Assembly (NCBI RefSeq): GCF_000150275.1 | Contig: NW_002060948.1 | Coordinates: forward strand, 186,001 to 250,000 | Origin: Trichoplax adhaerens | Lineage: Eukaryota > Animalia > Placozoa | Length of the DNA: 64,000 nucleotides | Direction: 5' to 3' | In this document: piece after piece, positions 23,928-35,883 of the stretch | Layout: each line of letters opens with the position of its first letter | Numbering within the stretch: the first letter of the stretch is position 1 | The notes under the pieces: generated by a model | What the model was told of the DNA's origin: nothing | The model's input: only the letters and a program-made list of their open reading frames with translations | Database searches by the model: none | Position numbers and translations under genes: made by a program

Positions 23928-26110
23928 TCCTTCAAGTAATAAAAAATTACGTAGTTACGGTAAATACGAGCTGACTCCGTTCGATATTGGCTAAAATTTC
24001 AGTTCAATATAATTATTTATTAATTATAACTAAAAAATATACTTAAAACCTTTATAGATAATTATCCTTTGTACATATCTCACATGTAAACATAGAATTT
24101 ATCATTGTCACTTATTACATACTTATAATACTTTCTATACAGTAAGAAAAAGAATTTTAATTTCACCTACCCAATCTTAATTGTAACTTAGCAAATTAGA
24201 TATGAAATCATCTATGCATTTCAATTTTTTTAAAATATACGTATATATGACAAGATTAAAGCGACTGATACTATTATCTTATTAGTCAACCAACATGAAA
24301 TTATGATTGTAAAAGTTTGTAAACTAAATGAAATTAGATATTGTTTTTTAATACTTACCGTAGCTACTGTATTCGCAATTTACTGTGGTTAAAGTACGTA
24401 AATAAGTTTTCGATGCGATACGATTAAATAAAGATTGTGATGTTTTAAATTTACTCAGTTATTGCTGCGTAAAGTCGATGATCTATCATTGTCCTGTTAT
24501 TATTTATGATGTTAATATCCATCTTCAATGGATAAAATATATTTGAGGTATATTGTACTTTGCAGCATGAGTATGATTGGGATTAAGATTTTTCGTTTAG
24601 ATTCATTTTTAATCACTTAGTATCATATGAATTTTAAATACATAACTTAAATTTGTCAGTAAGAGTAAGACCTATGACGAAAGTTGGCTACATTAATTCT
24701 AATCTTTAGAACTACTCATATTACTGATTATATGAACTATAGATTATGAATCAGCAGTCTTATAGATCGAATACAGTGTACATCGAGAGTCGTTGAATAC
24801 TACCGTATGCGTACAACCATATATTATAGTAATAAATGATACATCGTATCGAAGATCGGGCCAGAAATTTCAAGGGGGAGAAACTGTTAGCAAGATTAAA
24901 TTTAGGCTTTAGCTAATACGATCACATTCAAGACTTTCATAATGTCGAAATTAATGTGAACTATGAATTGATATCATGAATCAATTCATTGCAATATTGC
25001 ATAGTAGTTTCAGCTCTTTTAGCGAGTCTATATCCAATTTACAATTGATGAAAAACTGTATAATCTAATTGTTTAGTGCCACCATAATTAGTAATAAACT
25101 AGCCGTATAGTTAACAATTAATTAAGCGTAGATTAAAGAGTTGGTCTATTAATATCGTAACTATTATAAATATTCGTATTTTAAATATAATTGAACGCCT
25201 CTAGGATTGAGAAGTTTATATAAAAAGTAATAGCAAAGATTCAAATCACTACACTACAATTATATAAGAGCATTTCTGAAGTTTAACATTTGAAACCTTA
25301 TGGGATCAAATTAATAAAAATAAGTAATCTACTATAGTTACTTCAGCTAGAATTATAGCGAGGAGAGTTTTCGTTAGATAAAGGGTTTTAGAATAGTAAT
25401 TTACTTTCATCATGCAAGAACCTAGCTAAAATGTGAAATAGTAAGTAGTTTAATTAAAATTTGTGTGCTGTAGCAGTGTATGTCTTAAGAAGCTAGAATC
25501 TAGCATTTACGAGTATTTCAAATCAGAGCTAATAAGATATGATTAGGCCAAAAATTTTCGTTTATTCTTAAACGAACTACTAATAATTATTATAATGATT
25601 AAAAATATACAGAAGCCGTAAGATTTTGGAAATCAACGTCACCTAAATTTACCATTATTTCATATTTTAAAACAATGATTTACAGTAAGCTATGAGTAGT
25701 TGGTATTGAGTAGGGTTGTATATAAAGTACAACGGTAATAATATGTTGACAATCAATATGCATGAAAATATGTTAACAGTTACTTATCGGCTATCCAGTT
25801 ACATAACTGTTTATAATAATCGAAATAAGAACAATAGCTGGAACAGAATAATACATAGAGCATGCATGGAAACATCCGTTCGACAGGAATGATTACTAAC
25901 TTTGGTAAATGTTAGTTAATATATCATAACAATTGAATACACCAGACAAACGAGCACTTTCAATAATTAAAATCAATTACGAAATATCGAGGGAGCTACT
26001 AGATTTGGCGGAAGTATTCTACTAGACAATTTCGTGATTACTACTATTTACCATACACTTGTCCTTAGTGGATCGAATTAGTAGTGTAAACTTTCATTTG
26101 CAGTTCCAAT

Positions 26111-28106
26111 TTATCGTCCTGCTTGACTTCTTAACATGTCATATATCTTCTCCTTAATCGAATCCTTATTCAACGGTGAGTAAGCGTAAGCATTCTTCTG
26201 CAGCCTGTCATATTTCAACATTTAATAAAAAAAAAGCGATAGGCAAAAAAGCAATTGAAGCGTCATTTCAATCATATTTTATCTCTGAGGCAAATCATGT
26301 TGGTAAATTAAGTGCCTTATACATGGTTATTAAGTGAAACACTGCGTCAATATTATCGAACTACGCAAACATCTTAATCGCTACGCTGTTCTATATTGAT
26401 TCGCTAGTTATTACTATTGCATGAAATCTATTTTGAACCAATTGGAGACTGAGGTCATTTTACCAATGGAGTAAGTGTAAGCTACAGATACAACCTTAGA
26501 ATTAATCAATCGAGTTTTTATTACTACAAGCAGATTATAATGGTACACTAAACAGGTGAGGTCAGGGAAGTCATCAATGAAGTCAAACAAATTGCTGATA
26601 TCGTAAGTTATGGACGGCTTAGAAGGATTCAATTTCTTTAAATGTTCTTCAAACATCTTACAAATAGCTGTGAAGAAAAAGCGATAATAAGTATCGGACT
26701 AGTTAGAATGAATACACAGTGATGACAAAATCTTTAATTACATCATTTACTGTACAGAGCAAGATTTTATTATACGCGTATAATATTACAAATAGTCAAA
26801 TTCTATCAAGAAAATACTCGTATACATTATACAAATAGTAAAATACACTCAAGCGAAAAGTGGTCAGTAAATAAAGGATACTAAGATTACATAATTAAAA
26901 ATGACATTTCTTGTAATTATTAAACTCTTACCTTCCAAACATTCCTTCAAAGAATTGTAATCCGAGTACGTACGACTTTCGTTTTTCGGAGATGGTTGTA
27001 TCAATAAGATTGTATGCGACTACCAACCCATCATGGTAGGTGTAGTTATGATCATAACGGAATAGATAAGAAGATAACGAGTTAAAAGACATTTTATTGT
27101 ATAAATCTAGCAGTCACTATCATTGTTAGTACGGGTGTTCAGTGTAGTTGTGATTGTGTCCTGTAGCAGATATATTACACAATATCCTTGCAAGACTCAA
27201 GCCACTGGTGTTTAACTTGAGTATCTAGCACTTAATCTATTGTAGGCTAGAGCGTGTATCAAGCCCAATAAATAAATTAATTAATCAACAAAAATGCAGA
27301 TATTCATAGCTAGACACACATACGCCCAATTGTTGTTCTATTGCAACCTTGAAATAAAGCATTCATCAAGTCTTTATTTCGACAGCAGTCTATTATCGTA
27401 GTAGATTTTCTATCTTGTTCTTGTATCAGACAGAAATGCATATTATTAAAGCATTGCACAGATGCACTTGCATAGTGTATTGATCTTGAGTTAAGAGAAA
27501 AGTGTAACTTCATTACTGCAGAAACACTAGAACTGCAGTCATCCATCGCTTTAGCTTCACTTGGATATTCTCAACTCTACAGTATCCTACTTAAACGCAT
27601 TCTAAGATACGATGAAAGCTACAGTTTCCTTCTCATCAATTCATTCAGTCATCATTCTCATCATTGGAGTTACCTTGCAACTCAATACGTGAGTACAAGT
27701 TGCCTGCCACAAGGTGCAGCTTGCGCTCATGGAATGCACTGTAAATATCACCTTTTTTTTAATGAAAGGGAGTCATTTCCTTGATAGACTTTCAATGGTA
27801 CTGATTCTGTTGTTTACTACACGCAACAGAACTTGTTCTACAGATTCAGTTCTGTAATCCACAGAAAAGAATTGCGATTTATGGTCAATTAATTCATGGA
27901 AAATAACTGTTTCAGAACATGCAGACTTGGCAGGCGACATCGTTGATCTATTACGTTGACATTGATACTGTAGACTGTACAGTACTGTAGAATCGAGTGC
28001 TTTATCCATACAGAACACTACAGTGGAGTAGAGTGCATGGTACTGTATTGGAATGTACAGTACAACTAACAACGATTGTAGCCTACGAGAGATGAAAACT
28101 TACCAT
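26111..28106 (-). CDS. ERH: Enhancer of rudimentary homolog. Exons 28106-28104 (ATG only), 27019-26932, 26667-26547, 26204-26111
   Basis: Spliced translation [101 protein letters not shown], a clear ERH sequence. Confidence 0.97.
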
Positions 28107-28699
28107 ATTGAAAACTTGTTGATAGCTCTTGCCTTGTTTCTATTCCTCGCTTCTAAACTATATTAGGCGATAATCACGATTCAGTACAGTCAGAAAATGT
28201 TGTTGTATAAAAATGATTGTACAAATAGCGCAATAGAAGCCAACTTGAATGAAGGCTTTGCAAGCTCGCTTAATCGACGCACTTACCGAAAATATTCTCA
28301 CGGTTCACTGTTGACAATTAGAATAGAATTAGAATTAATTAATCATACTCGTGAATAGTCGTGATGGTATGATACTAACAATAGTAATTTTACGGATTAG
28401 GAGGGTACAGACAGATGTGCAGACGCAAAACTGGAGAGTCGGTACACTTGACTTGCGTCACTCAGTGATGTGCTGTCATGCTCATGCTCAGATCAAGCTA
28501 CATCGCATCTTATGGTCTTCTAGTATATTAAACTTACTGTAAACTTTCCCTTCTCTCTCGCATTGCGAAGCCTTGATTTCTATCATACCTGCAGTAGGCA
28601 GAAATGGAATGCTGTACAATATTCGACTCAAGTTTCAAGCGATTTCATTCAGATTTTTCTTGTGCGCTTTACTGAAACGCAGCAACTGTTATGTACAGT

Positions 28700-29160
28700 T
28701 TTAGAGTGTTCACTGACAGTGAACCCTGTTTAGTCAAATCCAGAACATTGGTATACAGTATCGTATCTAGTAGTCCATGGTACAGTAAGGTACAGTAACA
28801 CTGTAACAATAGTGTTAGGATCAAAGCTAGCCAATCGCCAATCGGGGCTCGGACTGTGGTTCGGACCGACTTCTAATACTGTACAATAACATGTTCGGAC
28901 TCGACTGACAGTACTGTACACTGTATTGTACAGTGTACAGTCTCCGCAGCCACGAAATGCAAGTACTGTAAACACTCCTGACCAATCATACAACAGCTTG
29001 GTCGTAAGCGGTAACTCCATTGGTTCAAATCGTATTGCAAATGCAATCCAGCATTGTTCCACACCGCCATCCCCAATTTTTTTTTGGGGGGGCCAATACA
29101 GTATTACGTCAATATATCCAAAATGCAAACTCGGAATTTGCAGTAAACTGTAGTAGATGC
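28700..29160. promoter_or_regulatory. Probable bidirectional promoter between ERH and CDKN3
   Basis: Lies between divergent genes. Several CCAAT boxes (28831, 28838, 28982, ATTGG ~29019, 29093), TTCAAA at ~29025 and dense TACTGTA/TACAGTA words. Confidence 0.55.
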
Positions 29161-29901
29161 TTTTTGCTGTAGGATCATCACGTTATCAACTATATACTGT
29201 ACTATACATTAATAGGCTGGCCTAACGTTAAAAGTCAAGGCAAGAAGTGAGAAAGATATTTCGGTACGGTTAGGACGCTCCATAATTGCTTCAGGAAATA
29301 CAAAAGTGGAATTTAAATTGCATTCGAGGTATGTGCCACTATCTCTCACTCAAGTAGTACCACAACTGTTGCTTCTAGCTCGAAACCTAGTACTGTATGT
29401 ATGGTTGTTATCCTTCTTGTTGTTCGTTAAAGCGTAATTCTGAAATGAGTTAACAGTACATACTTGCATAAATAGAGTAGACAAGACTACTGGACCCGGG
29501 ACTTTTAAGAGAATTTCTCTTAAAAATCCTTAATATGGTGGACATGATTTTTATTGATTGTGCTGTATACTGTAATAGTATGTTACTAGAATACTGTATA
29601 TGCTTACAATACAGTATGTTAAACTTCGGCAAAACATCTCACTAGATAGAATGTACTCAAATGCTATATTTGCAGTTGCAATTCATTGTTTTGGAATACT
29701 GTAAACAGTAATGATTTTAACCTCAGAAGACATCATAAGAAAAAAAACAACGTATTTACAGTATATTTAATGGTGTATCATACGAGTATAAACATACTAT
29801 GCTGTCTTTACTTTGATTCACAGTTACATTCCATACAACTACTGTGCATCTTTTACAATATTCATTGGCGATATTCTTAAAGGGGAACACTATCGGAGCA
29901 A

Positions 29902-32270
29902 ATGGTCAAGGTATAGTAACATGCTATAGCAGTAAATAAACACTGCCAATCTATTACATGCTCTCAAATTGCATCAACGTTCAGTATGACGAAAATGATC
30001 TAATAAAATTAAAATAATATTGTCAAAGTTATTTTTAACCACTTTTATTATTATTATAAGAAATTGGATCCCATTACCCACTATCACAAAGAGTGTAAAT
30101 ACGCATATTTTAATTATTGATATCAAGTAATACTCATTCCCATTCCATACTAATCAACGCTACTTTATGCTAGCGTATTTCTGTGTAAAATTTTATATTC
30201 TGTCTACGATAGTCTTCTATGCACTACGCGACTCTAGTATTCGAATTTAATGTCAAAAATTGGTGCAATGGTAAACCTACGTTGGATAAAGTACATGTCA
30301 ATTCTACTTGCAATTCTAGGATTATCGTGAATTAAACTTGATTTCTACTTCAAGAAATCAAGTATATGATTCTTCGTCCGACGATGAATCAAATGACGAT
30401 CAGCAAGCTCGATCTTTATCAATATCTTGGTATGCAAATAGTTACTATAATTACTATAATACGTTATACTACTCAGAATGTAATTGATCTATAATTGTAA
30501 AACTACCCTATTTATAGAAATGCTCTAGTCTAGTACTGTAGCTAACTACAAGAAATTTCATGATTATATCAACTTTACATCGAATAAAATTACTCCACTA
30601 CAGAATATGAAATGAAGCTATGTATTCATAGCTGCCTATGTTTATAGCTGTAATTCAATATACGCGTAATTGCTGCCTTATTATACACGTAATTCTATAG
30701 GATTAAACCGGAGTATTTACAAATCGATAACGAGAGAGCACTTATAGGAATTAGTGAGCTTCCCGGTAAGTTAGGCGATTGCTTAGAACTGCCTTAGCTA
30801 TGAGTTGGAAAATGAACATTCTTCTATTTATTATCTGTATCGCAATCAAATGAACGATTTTAATCTAATGGCGATCTAAATGCAATATCAACTGTTTCGT
30901 ACTTACGTATGCGAATATAATATTAGGTCTTATCAAATCTACGTAGTTAAAACAATCAAATAAAACTAGTCTTCGCTTATATTTTCTATTACGGACTCTC
31001 TTCTTCTACTAGGGTGTAGATATAGCATTGTTCGCCGAAGCATTGAAGATGATATTGGTTTGTAATGTGAAATTAATCTAGTAAACCTACATTTGGCAAC
31101 TACTTGTAATATCTTCGTACGCTGAAATTGTACAGTCAATTTTTGGATCTCGGGATAAATATAAATATTTTTATGATAGTAAATACTCTTCTGACAATAA
31201 ATTAATTATACCATCGTTTAAAGTATGTATAGCAGCTCTGTATGCTGTAATATCTTCGTGCGCTGAAATTTTGTAAAGTCAATTTTAAATCTCACGATAG
31301 ATATAAATATTTTTGTGATAGTAAATTCTCTTCTTTATTTAATGATCTACTGTGCAGATACCATAAAACGATGGAAGATTGAAGACGTTTTCGTCTTTTG
31401 TACAAGAAATGAACTATCGGCGTAAGTTATTAATACGAAATTAGACTAATAAGGGCTACCAAAATTTACGGTAACACAATCACTTTAGTTTCTAGTACCT
31501 AGAAACTTATACGCTTTAGATGCAATAAAGTCAGTCGTGACATATAATCTTCATTTAACTGATATCACGGTATTCTTTCGATGCAGCTGTAGGATATCGG
31601 ATTTATGTCAACAATACGTTCATGAAGGCATAAATTCTCATCATTATCCAATGGAAGTGGCACAAAGAATGAGTATCAGAGAGTTGAGGAATATCATTGA
31701 TGACATTCGCAGATGCATCGAAAGAGGAAGAAATATTTTATTACAGTATGTTACTATACTCTTTATTGAAGCCTGCTTTTGTTGAGCCATTTCAAATAAC
31801 GAAATTCTTGTTCTTTGTCATCGATACGGGTAAATGCTAAAGCTGTGTAAACGGATATTGTCGATCCTGCGTAGGTTAGCATTTGCATTCTTAACTGTTT
31901 ATTCAAGCTCCTTAATAATACTAACGATTAATCTTTACTTTTAAATTATTCTGGCATTTACTATTAAACATTAACACGACCAGTTGCCTGTGCTTTATTA
32001 CTGGAAATGAACCCACTTCTAAGTGCTGAAGAAGCAATACAAGTAGTTAGAGATATACGTGGCAATGCGGCTATACAAACCGTTGCTGTAAGTTGAGGAT
32101 TATTTGGCGCAAAACTAATCGTTGCATTAACACTATCTTAATTTTGAACTATATAATAGCAATATAACTTCTTGATGGAATACAAAACGGAAGCCACAAG
32201 TGGGCCGGGCCCTACTGGCTCTATGATAGATCCTAGACCAAGCGACACCTGGCAGTCAGTTATTAGATAG
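29902..32270 (+). CDS. CDKN3: Cyclin-dependent kinase inhibitor 3 / KAP dual-specificity phosphatase. Exons 29902-29910, 30320-30429, 30701-30765, 31013-31057, 31358-31421, 31587-31745, 31843-31874, 31984-32087, 32160-32270
   Basis: Spliced protein contains YDSSSDDE..SISW, ISELPGCRY..RRSIEDD, DVFVFCTRNEL, HHYP, LLHCVNGYCRSCVVACALL (CX5R) and EEAIQVVRDIRGNAAIQTVAQYNFL, collinear with KAP. Confidence 0.92.
31105..31334. repeat. Intronic direct duplication of ~88 bp (31105-31191 and 31246-31334)
   Basis: TGTAATATCTTCGT(A/G)CGCTGAAATT...ATAAATATTTTT(A/G)TGATAGTAAAT(A/T)CTCTTCT occurs twice. Confidence 0.85.
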
Positions 32271-33098
32271 TGCTATTGTTTTACGAGTATATACACTTAA
32301 ATTCTTGAAAATTCATATGACTAGATTTCAATCTTGAACTGGTATAGTGATTAGTAGTTAAAATTAAAATTTTTATCGTTTGTAGTTGCTACGGAATTTT
32401 TGATATGTCTGATCTAGTTTACAGAAAATTGCATTACTCTTATTTATGATATGTAATTGCTACTAGAACTAACGATAGTAGCCGCACCTATTTGTACTTT
32501 TATTATCCTATATAAATATTGAATTCTACAGTTCCCGACACAATTTGATCACAGCTCGAGACCTACTATTTTGAAATAGCGTATTATAATTTACTCCGCT
32601 GATATTGCAATACCAAAGTTTATTTCCGAAAATAAAAATGTACTCCATCAATACCTTCGTAGTGAGAATAACTTATTACTTATTGCTAATGAACCGTAAA
32701 CAGATCAGATAAACCAACTGTAGTGACTTCGATAATGGAATTTCAAGTAGTCACTGCTTTATGACTTGGTGCAGCTTATAATATAAAATAGCGCTTTTCG
32801 TGTATTTACGACACATTTTTATATCTAATTTCATGATTACTACTTATTGAAAACAGCCCCTTTAATGCTTGCATTATTGCTAGTACAGAATACTATACGC
32901 CTATCTCAGCAGTCCGCATCTTGCATATAAGTTTTGGTAAAACATTAGAAAAGTTTTTTAACATGATGAGCTTATTTGCTTACAGCAATTGCAGTAGAAT
33001 TACTTTAATCATCAACGCTGCGTTAATTAGCAGCATTGTATAATTAATTTGAGAGAAAAAGACTTGTGGCAATAAAGCAACTGAATATATCAAACAGA

Positions 33099-34582
33099 TT
33101 AGTTCTCTTTTCGTTTCCATATAGTGCAATGAGCGACTGACCATTGATTCTTATGTGCAGTTTCTCGAATAAAAAATTGCATATTCTCATCATCGATAAG
33201 ATCAAAATGTGTACCAAGTATCGATTTCAACGTATCGAAACCTGTAACTGGTTTGCCATCTTTGTCCAAATAACCACCAATCCATTTATCCTACAACGCA
33301 GATAGATAAATTCGTACGATCATCAATTGATATTACTGAACCGTAGTACAGAATATCAATAGTAATTAGTATTATATTATTATTATTAGTGATCCCTGTG
33401 TAACTGACACTAGCTATGCCAGGGATGTGATAGTAAGTAAATTCGTACGCCTACTGTATGTACATGTACAGTACCTTGATCAACTAAATCAAGATCACAG
33501 AAATTTCTTAAAAATAGCTACAAACCTTAGGTGTAAACTGTTCCAACCACGTATACGGCGACGTAATTACTAAAATACCTCCTGCAGCTACCAATGACGG
33601 AAGACGGTATAGAAATGCACGTGTATCTGGTAATCGGCAAATCAAATTTGCTGCCAGGACGCAGCCAAATTGTCCAAGATTTGTTGGTAAATTGCATGCA
33701 TCACCGCATTGAAAGTGTACGCGAGATCGATCCTATATTATTATTAAATATGCAATACCACCAATGCTTATTAATATCACACTATATGTGGTATCATAAT
33801 TAAAAGGTATATGGTTAATCAAGACCTATTACAGTATGATGAAAACACTTTCACATCACTGTAACAAAATAAGCACATGGTGCTACTCTTACAGCAATGC
33901 AAGTATAGATTACTGTAGATAATATTGCAGCTGATAAACATGTATACGCGTTCTTACAATATCAGCTGGAATTTCTGCAGTGCAAGGTTTAGTAAGGTCT
34001 CCTTCATTGATAATAGAATAGTCCATTCGACCCTTTTTTTTTAATTCATTGCAAGCATTAATAAAAGATTGCGAATAATCAATGCCAACAACTTCATCAA
34101 AACATCGTGCTAAGTCGAAAGAAGACGCTCCCACTGCACAGCCAATATCTAAAGCACGGCGAGGTGTGGTATTCTAACGGATGTACCGTAAATCAAAACA
34201 TGTACAAATCAGCAGCTAGATAAACAAAAGAAGATTACAAGCTCTAAAAAGTCACTGTATAATAGTGTATATATATAAATATATCTATATGTTTGATTAC
34301 TTGATAGTGCTTGATGCACTGGTCAGCACAGCGCTGGGGGAATTCTAATGCTTGTGCAGGAAAGAACTTATACTGCAGTAGATCAAGTTCCTTGCCAAAA
34401 TGCATGGCCAAGTATTCATCTAGTAGCTTTCGGGTTTCATAGTAATCAGTTTCCTTGCTCTTACTAGCACTACTACTACAGAATACTAATCGACTTAGCA
34501 AGTATCCTATAGTTAAACCAGTTCCTGCAGCAAGAGCATATTTAGAAAAGCTGCTATCAAGATTTGCAATTAACTTGGACAT
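33099..34582 (-). CDS. Class I SAM methyltransferase resembling the OvoA C-terminal (mercaptohistidine N-methyltransferase) domain. Exons 34582-34301, 34173-33958, 33732-33526, 33290-33099
   Basis: [122 protein letters not shown]. All introns are phase 0 GT-AG. Confidence 0.88.
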
Positions 34583-34689
34583 TTTTTTTTCTCTATCCAC
34601 CACGATCAGTATCCACGAGGTCTTCACTATGCTGGTGTAGCGCTAGTGCGCTACTCTATGTAGCAGTAGTAACAGGAATAACCATTGGT

Positions 34690-35200
34690 TGATTAGTAAA
34701 TCATACCGCAAACGGGGTACAGTACTAAGAGTGTACTGTGCAATATACTGTACACTGTGCAGTAATGTACTGTACTGTAGCCACCTCCCCCCGTTCCAGT
34801 ACTGTACAATACAATACGCCACAGTACGATGTACTGTAGTGGATAGTACTGTACACTGTACCGTACAGTACAGTAATTCGTGGTTAAGCGGTAGGCTAGA
34901 ATAAGCAAACTTAAAGCGTACACTGGACAGTAATTCAATGGAAGTGGGTAAAAATCGACTCGATCTCAGGTCGATTATGCTTACTATTTTACCTATTATT
35001 CGACCGAAAGTACTGTTATACTGTTGTGGTCGATGAGTCCATTAGTATTAGATTGTACAGTACTGTAGATTTATTTTGCAGTCCATGAATGATAACTGTA
35101 CAGTTTAACAGAGATCATACTAGAGACTTTCGAGTGGATAGAGAGGGAAGCAGAGCTGATAGTTAGTCACTTTATACGTTACCATAACAACGGAGACCAA
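34690..35200. promoter_or_regulatory. Probable bidirectional promoter of the methyltransferase and F-box/WD40 genes, with an X-box-like site at 35178-35191
   Basis: Divergent genes, a TACTGTAC/GTACAGTA cluster at 34715-34875, and GTTACCATAACAAC. Confidence 0.5.
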
Positions 35201-35883
35201 CAATAATAGCAGCACCATGATCTTCTGCGTTGGATAGTACATCTTTGATTAGAGAGAACAGTATATAAGGATTACTGAGAGTTGTGGGATGCTTTTTAGA
35301 AATCGGGTACTTCGACCTCGATTTATGAATAGTTTATGAATAAATCATAATAATTAATTTACCCTGTGTATGCTACAGTAGAAGATTTAGAAATGAGGCA
35401 TTAACAACCTCTCAACCTAATTCAACTAGCACATTAATACGTACGGGTATATAACTGCAACTATCGTATATTCAACGTATTTCAAAGAGTAGTTACATAG
35501 TTACTGTATAGCGTGCGGTTTACTGATCTGCATTGTACAATAAATAGATACAGAAGGTTATAATTACTTAGAGTACGAATCCCTAATCATAACCGTATTG
35601 TAGCTCGTAAAGATTTCAGTAACACTAAAGCAACATCAAGAATAATTGTATTATTTCAAAATCAAACAAGACGAATTTCTCTTATGAATTATCGATAACA
35701 AGAAAACACCTCCTGTCTTACTAGTTATTATTATAAAAAATACACAGCTAAACAAGTAATTATTATGGTATTCTACGTACTGAATATTATTATTGCAACG
35801 TTTTACTGACTGAAATAATTCACTTATGCTGTGATTATCCAATTTCGTAAAAGAGACCAACAGCACCTTTCAGCAGTTAAAGT

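Noticed and set aside
27310-29880. Several 60-132-aa ORFs around the ERH/CDKN3 promoter
   Set aside because: Low-complexity Tyr/Cys/Thr/Val products generated by the TACTGTA words, with no recognisable domains or splice structure.
34689-34938. Overlapping small ORFs on both strands
   Set aside because: Same low-complexity promoter artefact.
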